DNA of 64,000 bases from positions 992,001 through 1,056,000 of the forward strand of contig ML996693.1 in assembly GCA_010356995.1 (NCBI GenBank), read 5' to 3'. A program made the position numbers and the translations under genes. Source of the DNA: Trichodelitschia bisporula. Its lineage: Eukaryota. Numbering within the stretch: position 1 is the first letter of the stretch; every line of letters begins with the position of its first letter. The notes under the pieces are model-generated. The model was not told where the DNA came from, made no database searches, and saw nothing but the letters and a program-made list of their open reading frames with translations. Positions 58,509 to 64,000 of this stretch are shown here, in pieces.

Positions 58509-59355
58509 ATGCTGTTCTCTTCCCTCAGTCTTGTTCTCCTCTCGGGGATAGTTGCCGCTGATTCTGGTAAGCTGCCCCTTCAAAAGTGGTGTTAATGCTT
58601 GAAGCTGGCTAATACCCATCAGCCTCATTATCCCCAAGTACTTCGGCACCAGCTACACCTTCGCCCACAACCCTCCAAACCTCCACCACCAGCGCCGCAA
58701 AATGTAAAGCATCATGCAAACTGGGAATGGAATTCACGCTCTATTCCTGGACCGCCTTGGAAGTCACAACAGAGATAGTCGCAGCAACGATCCTCTACAT
58801 CGTCGACTCCTCAGGCGCAACCGAAACCGTGACGAAGCGCAATCCCCTCCCCTCAAACATCGAGTTACCGCCCACGAACACCGATGGAACACAAATAGCC
58901 ACCCTCACCTACGCCGCCGAGTTCAACGTCACGACGACCAAAGTCCTGTTAGTTGGCCCCGGCCCGCACTCCCACACAAGCTGACATCACGCAGAGCCTA
59001 CCCCACAAGCTTTGTAGCCTACCCCGCAGAATACAGCTGGGCCGGCACACTCCCCACCACCGACGCCGCGGGCGACTCGACTTGTTCCACAGGGACAGCG
59101 ACCATGAACACAGTCCCGCTCCACGTCCCTACCACAACACAGGGCGCACCACCACCCCCCGCGTCGGATGATCCGAAGGGATACGTCTGGTCGCTTGCCA
59201 CGGAAACGTGCTTCACGGACTGGGTTCAGCCGACTTTGACGGTCCCGAACCATGCTGCGCTGGACCTTTGTACTACGAAACCGCATTGTCCGCAGGGTAT
59301 CAGCGCACAGCAGACTGCGCTTTTGCTGACGGAGACGTCGACTTCGCATCGCTAG
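58509..59355 (+). CDS. Secreted Thr-rich 6-Cys protein, tandem paralogue 1 (domain only, no anchor)
   Basis: Signal peptide MLFSSLSLVLLSGIVAA. Introns 58567-58622 and 58948-58994. Ends [10 protein letters not shown]. Confidence 0.82.
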
Positions 59356-60049
59356 CCGAAGGGCCGAGGTCTTGGGTTCTTTCCCGAGAGTAGGTTAGCA
59401 TGTATCATCAATTTCAGTGTCTTGAAACCAGCCGGACGGCAAGCGGATCGACATCGAATGGGGGCCGAAGATCTGCAGTTAGAAGGTGTCGAGAGGTGTA
59501 CCGGTAAGGATCGTGAATCTAGATGTCTAGCGCTGTTACATCCAACTTTCCGAAAATGATGATTTGGAGTTCTTTTACTGTAGTAGAGCTCGGAAAGCGA
59601 GAGTTGATGTAGATGTTTGAAGCAATATCCCGGAGCATCTCCGCTCCTATCCAGCTGAAACAGCCACAACGGCGTTAGCTCTGATTAGCCAAAGCCAGAT
59701 CTCACCACAGCTCCACAACTTTGCCCATCTTACTGCATACGGTAACTACAGTAGTGGAATCTGACCTAGCTTTAATCGACCCTAATAAACCGACATCAGC
59801 AGGCAAAGCGGTGACGCAAACCTTGTACTTTTTACTTGCATTCAGATTTCGGCTTCGCTTCTCCCCTGGGCATGGAACGACACGTACTCCGTACTTTGCC
59901 GTGTGGCGCATCTATTTTAGCCCCCAATCCCGTGCGGGGGCTGGGGCTGTGCGCGCTTGAGTCTGGGCCTTCATATACCGATCAGCGCTCACCAACGGTG
60001 CAATGCAGGATCGTTCGCCCAAGATTGTTCCTCTGGAACTCGAGTCCTG

Positions 60050-62223
60050 ATGTTGTTGTCGTTCGTTGCATTTGCGCTCCTCACGCGGGTAATTTTTGCT
60101 GCTGGTACGTTGAATCCGCGATGCGGCTTGTTTCGTATGAGAGACGTAAATACTGACGCGCCGTAGGGTTTAGTAATTCCAGCACGTCGAGTTCGTATAC
60201 GCTGTCCGCTGCCGCTAAGGTGGTCGCTTTCTCCGGGTCGTCTGGCTCCTCCGAGTCGTCCGGTTCCTCCAAGACGTCCGGTTCCTCCAAGTCGTCCGGC
60301 TTGTCCGCCGCAAGCGATGGAGGGACGTGTAAAGGAGTGTGTCATGTATATGCCTTCTCCGAAAGATGGGATTGGGCGACCCAAACCGTCACAGCCGAGA
60401 TCGTCGCCGCGACGGTGATCGTGGTGATCCGAAATGGGACAAAGACCACATCCACAAAATTCAACAAGCTCCCGTCAGGCCACACCCTGCCACCCACAAA
60501 CGCGGCCGGCACGCACATCGAAACCGTGACCTACCGGCCAAAATACGGAGTGACAACGACGACGGTCTTGTAAGTGGCCCACTCACCTCTCTGCCCATAC
60601 TAACATCTCAGGACCTACCCCGCCGCATTCACCGCCTACCCCGTCGAATACTACTGGGACGGCACGCTCGCCACCACCGGGCCCGACGGCAAATCCACCT
60701 GTTCTAGAACAAATTCAAGTTCGGGGCAATTCACAGTGGCGCTCCCACCGCAAATCACACCCGCACAAAAGCAGCCCCCGCCAGTCGACCCGAATGACCG
60801 CTACGGGTATCTCCATGCGCTTACAGGGAACGATTGCCGCGGTTTACTGGCCCCCTGGCAACAGCCTCCCGGCGATGCCGCCTTCACGAGTTGTCTTCCG
60901 GTCGCCTTCTGCGGCGCGGCCCCGCAGCTTACGGCCAAGTACCTTACTGAGACGTCGACGAGCCACGACGATTCCCCTCCTACGCCGGCGCCGGTGGGCA
61001 AGCAGCCTGTGGCTGCTAGTGATCCGCCCAAGGATTCGTCCAAAAATGACCCTGCGCCGGCACCCCAGCCTGCACCTGCACCCCAGCCTGCGCCTGCTAG
61101 TGATCCGCCGAAGGATGCGCCGAAGAATGATCCTGCGCCCCAGCCCGCGGCGCAGAGTAATGTCGGTTCATCGCAGGGCGGCGGGGGTCTCGGAGAGGCT
61201 ATTGCGTCGGCTGTTGTAGGTGGCGTGAGCTCGGGCTCGGGATCTGGAGGTGGCAGTGATGGATCGGGCTCTGGGGGCTCAGGGGTCTCGGGCTCAGGTG
61301 GATCAGGAGGCTCGGGCTCAGGTGGCTCAGGTGGCTCGGACTCAGGTGGCTCGGGTGGCTCGGGAGGGTTCGGTTCCGGTTCAGGCGGCTCAGGGTCGGG
61401 TTCTGGATCTGGATCTGGCTCAGGGTCCGGGTCTGGTTCGGGCTCGGGCGGCTCGGGCTCGGGATCAGGCTCAGGTGGCTCCGGCGGCTCAGGTTCTGGT
61501 TCAGGCTCTGGTTCCGGCTCCGGGTCGGGAGGTTCGGGGTCAGGCTCTGGCGGCTCAGGGTCAGACTCTGATGGTTCAGGTTCAGGCTCTGGCGGCTCTG
61601 GGTCCGGGTCTGGCGGTTCAGGATCAGGCTCCGGCGGCTCGGGTTCCGGTTCAGGCTCGGGTGGCTCCGGTGGCTCGGGGTCTGGTTCTGGGTCTGGTTC
61701 CGGTTCCGGTTCCGGTTCCGGTTCTGGTTCTGGTTCTGGTTCCGGGTCAGGATCGGGCTCCGGCTCGGGTTCCGGGTCAGGTTCTGGCTCCAACTCCCAC
61801 CCCAACGCCCCTCTCCTCCTCCTCATCAATCCCTCACAGACCATAACCGCCGGCCCATCTTCCGCCTTCATAATTGACAACCATACGCTCCGGCCGGGCG
61901 GTGCCGTTACCCTGCCAGGCGGAACCGTAATCTCGCTCCCATCCAGTGGTGCCGTGGCCGTGATCAACGGCGTCACAACGAGCCTGATTCACGCTGCAGG
62001 CACAGCAGCTAGCGTTGCGGACCCCTCCGCGACCGAAACGACGCATACGAACGGAGTTGGAGATCTTATTGCTTCAGGGCTCGGGATCGGGAGTGCGCCG
62101 AGTACGACGGTTAGGCAGCCGAAGGCGACGGCGACGGGTGGTGTTGGGAAGGTGGGAGTGTGGTCGCTCTGGATGTGGGAGGTTGTTGCGGGGGCGTTGG
62201 GGGTGGTTTGGGCTATTGCATAG
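60050..62223 (+). CDS. Secreted 6-Cys protein with Pro-rich and Gly/Ser linkers and a GPI-like C-terminus, tandem paralogue 2
   Basis: Signal peptide [17 protein letters not shown]. Introns 60105-60166 and 60570-60611. Same domain as paralogue 1, then PAP repeats, a (GS)n tract and a hydrophobic C-terminus. Confidence 0.85.
61231..61790 (+). repeat. Coding (Gly-Ser)n / GGSGS low-complexity tract, ~185 codons
   Basis: GGN-TCN codon repeats seen directly. Confidence 0.95.
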
Positions 62224-63529
62224 TGCATCAGCATGATGATTGGATTTAGCGGGCGTTGCGTAATGACTGGCTTGTATGTTAGCCGAATGCTGTGGTACTC
62301 ACTTTAGAGATCGTCGATACGATATTGGTTCATGTAAAGTATAGCCCATGGAAGGAAAGAGGCAAGACTCTGGTGATGAACACGACGATGAGCTGAAGTC
62401 TCCAAATGAATGAATTATGGCATGTTCCGGCGCGGTTTGGGGATCTGGCTCGGATCTGGATTGGGGATATAACTCGTGTTTACCTCCTGGTTGATTGGGC
62501 GAGTCTACGTATCTGCTAATTGTTTGGTGGTACAACCTCCCAGGAATTAAACAACCATGCCTCGAGCGGCCTCAAGTCCCAAATGCTCAGATACATCGCC
62601 AGGACGCGATCTTGCAAGTCGAGAGCCGCAGAGCACACGCCGGCGAACGATGCTTCGATTGATTGTCTTCCGGCACCGGATCGCCTGGTGTCTACCGTAC
62701 GGCTAGATCGATCGAGCAGTACGGCGATGCTTCCGCCAAGTAAGTACTCATACGGTACCGTAGTATCAAGAATAGCATCCGGGGCTGCGAATGATGATGG
62801 TGTGAGGTGGTTGGGCATCGTGCCCTGTTCCCCACGGCCTACCGTCCAAGGGCCGGGTTGAAAAGTCGTGGCCACCCCTCCCATGGCTTTTTCTGAGTAG
62901 AACGCAGTACCGACGGGGAGGGGACAGCCACGACTTTTTGGCCTCGCCCTTAATACCCTGCCAGGCATGGAGCTCGCCAAGGGTCTAGACTCTTGGCCAG
63001 TCCTCGGCGAGGAGCTTGCGAAGTCAATGTCAACAACATTCCCTCCGTCTTCCATCTCATCTAGTTACGGATGTACTAAGTGTTTTGACCTCATCAGGAT
63101 CAGACCTGCATTTACCCGTTATGCTGGTCTCATAACTAAGATTCTTGGTAGGATGGACTCCTCTCCGCGCATGTAGCCTCATGCAAGGGCGCCGCCCCGT
63201 CCAAACACCCCGGACATCCGCGCAAGGCTGCGGATGGGTTAAGCGATGATGGCTTTCAGCCGTGGCTCAAGTCGAAGTCGGTTGGACGAGATCGCGAGGG
63301 GTCTAGCCTCGTGGTTTGCGCCTTCACAAGCCACTTAATACTCAAGAGGGGCGGGGTATTGCACCATGTTCATCCGTATATGAAGATAGCCTTGCCGTGA
63401 AAGGGATGGCATTTAGGATTAATACTCTCCTGCAGAACTCTTGAGAACTGTCAAATTGCTGTGGGAAAACTGCGCTCGTTTTTATACCTTGATTTTGGCT
63501 GTCCTCCACGCTGCCCTCGCTTGTCCGAT

Positions 63530-64000
63530 ATGTTATCCTCCATTCTCGTCCCTACTCTCCTGGCTGGCACAGCCATTGCAGCATCCAGTTCGTGACTGAA
63601 TAGCAAAGGTGGATACGCATAAGTAACAAGTCTCCAGGTGGTTCTACCGCAGCAACCCTCGCATCCGGGTCCTGCTCAGCCAATTGTTACTACACTGCCA
63701 CAACCGCGTTATACCGATGGATCAGTCTCGACATAACGACAGAAATCGTCGCCGCAACAGTTGTCTACGTCGTCGACAGCAACGGGGCCACAAAAACGTC
63801 AACTAAATTCAATAATCTCCCGGCCGGGTACACGCTTCCAGATACCAACGCCGGCGGCACCAGGGTCACGACCATCACCTATACCACCGAATTCGGCAAA
63901 TCCGCTCAGAAGGTCTTGTAAGTGCCGTCCTCGGCGTCCACTCAACCCACATACTCACCCCGCCCAGAGCCTACCCCACCGGCTTCGACGCCTACCCCCA
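63530..64000 (+). CDS. Secreted protein, tandem paralogue 3 (partial, runs off the window end)
   Basis: Signal peptide MLSSILVPTLLAGTAIA. Introns 63588-63637 and 63918-63967. CSANC...TEIVAATVVYVVDSNGATKTSTKFNNLPAGYTLPDTNAGGT...KVL/AYPTGFDAYP. Confidence 0.82.

Overview
Eukaryotic DNA from a GC-rich filamentous ascomycete (inference: short GT-AG introns with CTRAC branch sites and fungal-type orthologues). About 26 intron-containing protein genes can be assembled by eye. Most are housekeeping: Hsp10, a TilS-like PP-loop enzyme, SAL1 carrier, cyclin C/SSN8, SYN8, a RING-TRAF protein, xanA, HEI10, XAP5/FAM50, MCH1, BCD1, a DENN protein, an SDR, SIT4, UPF3, GH16, an MFS transporter and TFB4. I recognised no tRNA, rRNA, CRISPR array or intact transposon. 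The best candidates for new biology are: (1) a tandem trio of unrecognised Cys-containing secreted paralogues with identical intron positions, one free and one GPI-tethered through a ~185-residue Gly/Ser linker; (2) an intronless 2,527-aa orphan with a disordered Pro/acidic-Tyr head and an internally duplicated coiled coil; (3) a xanA intron with a second perfect donor that would give a stop-containing transcript, downstream of a perfect UaY site; (4) a 228-nt stop-free in-frame intron in SAL1; (5) a GC-AG intron straight after the Hsp10 ATG; (6) alternating C-rich and G-rich blocks inside many CDSs. Gene names come from motifs I recognise; no database search was run.
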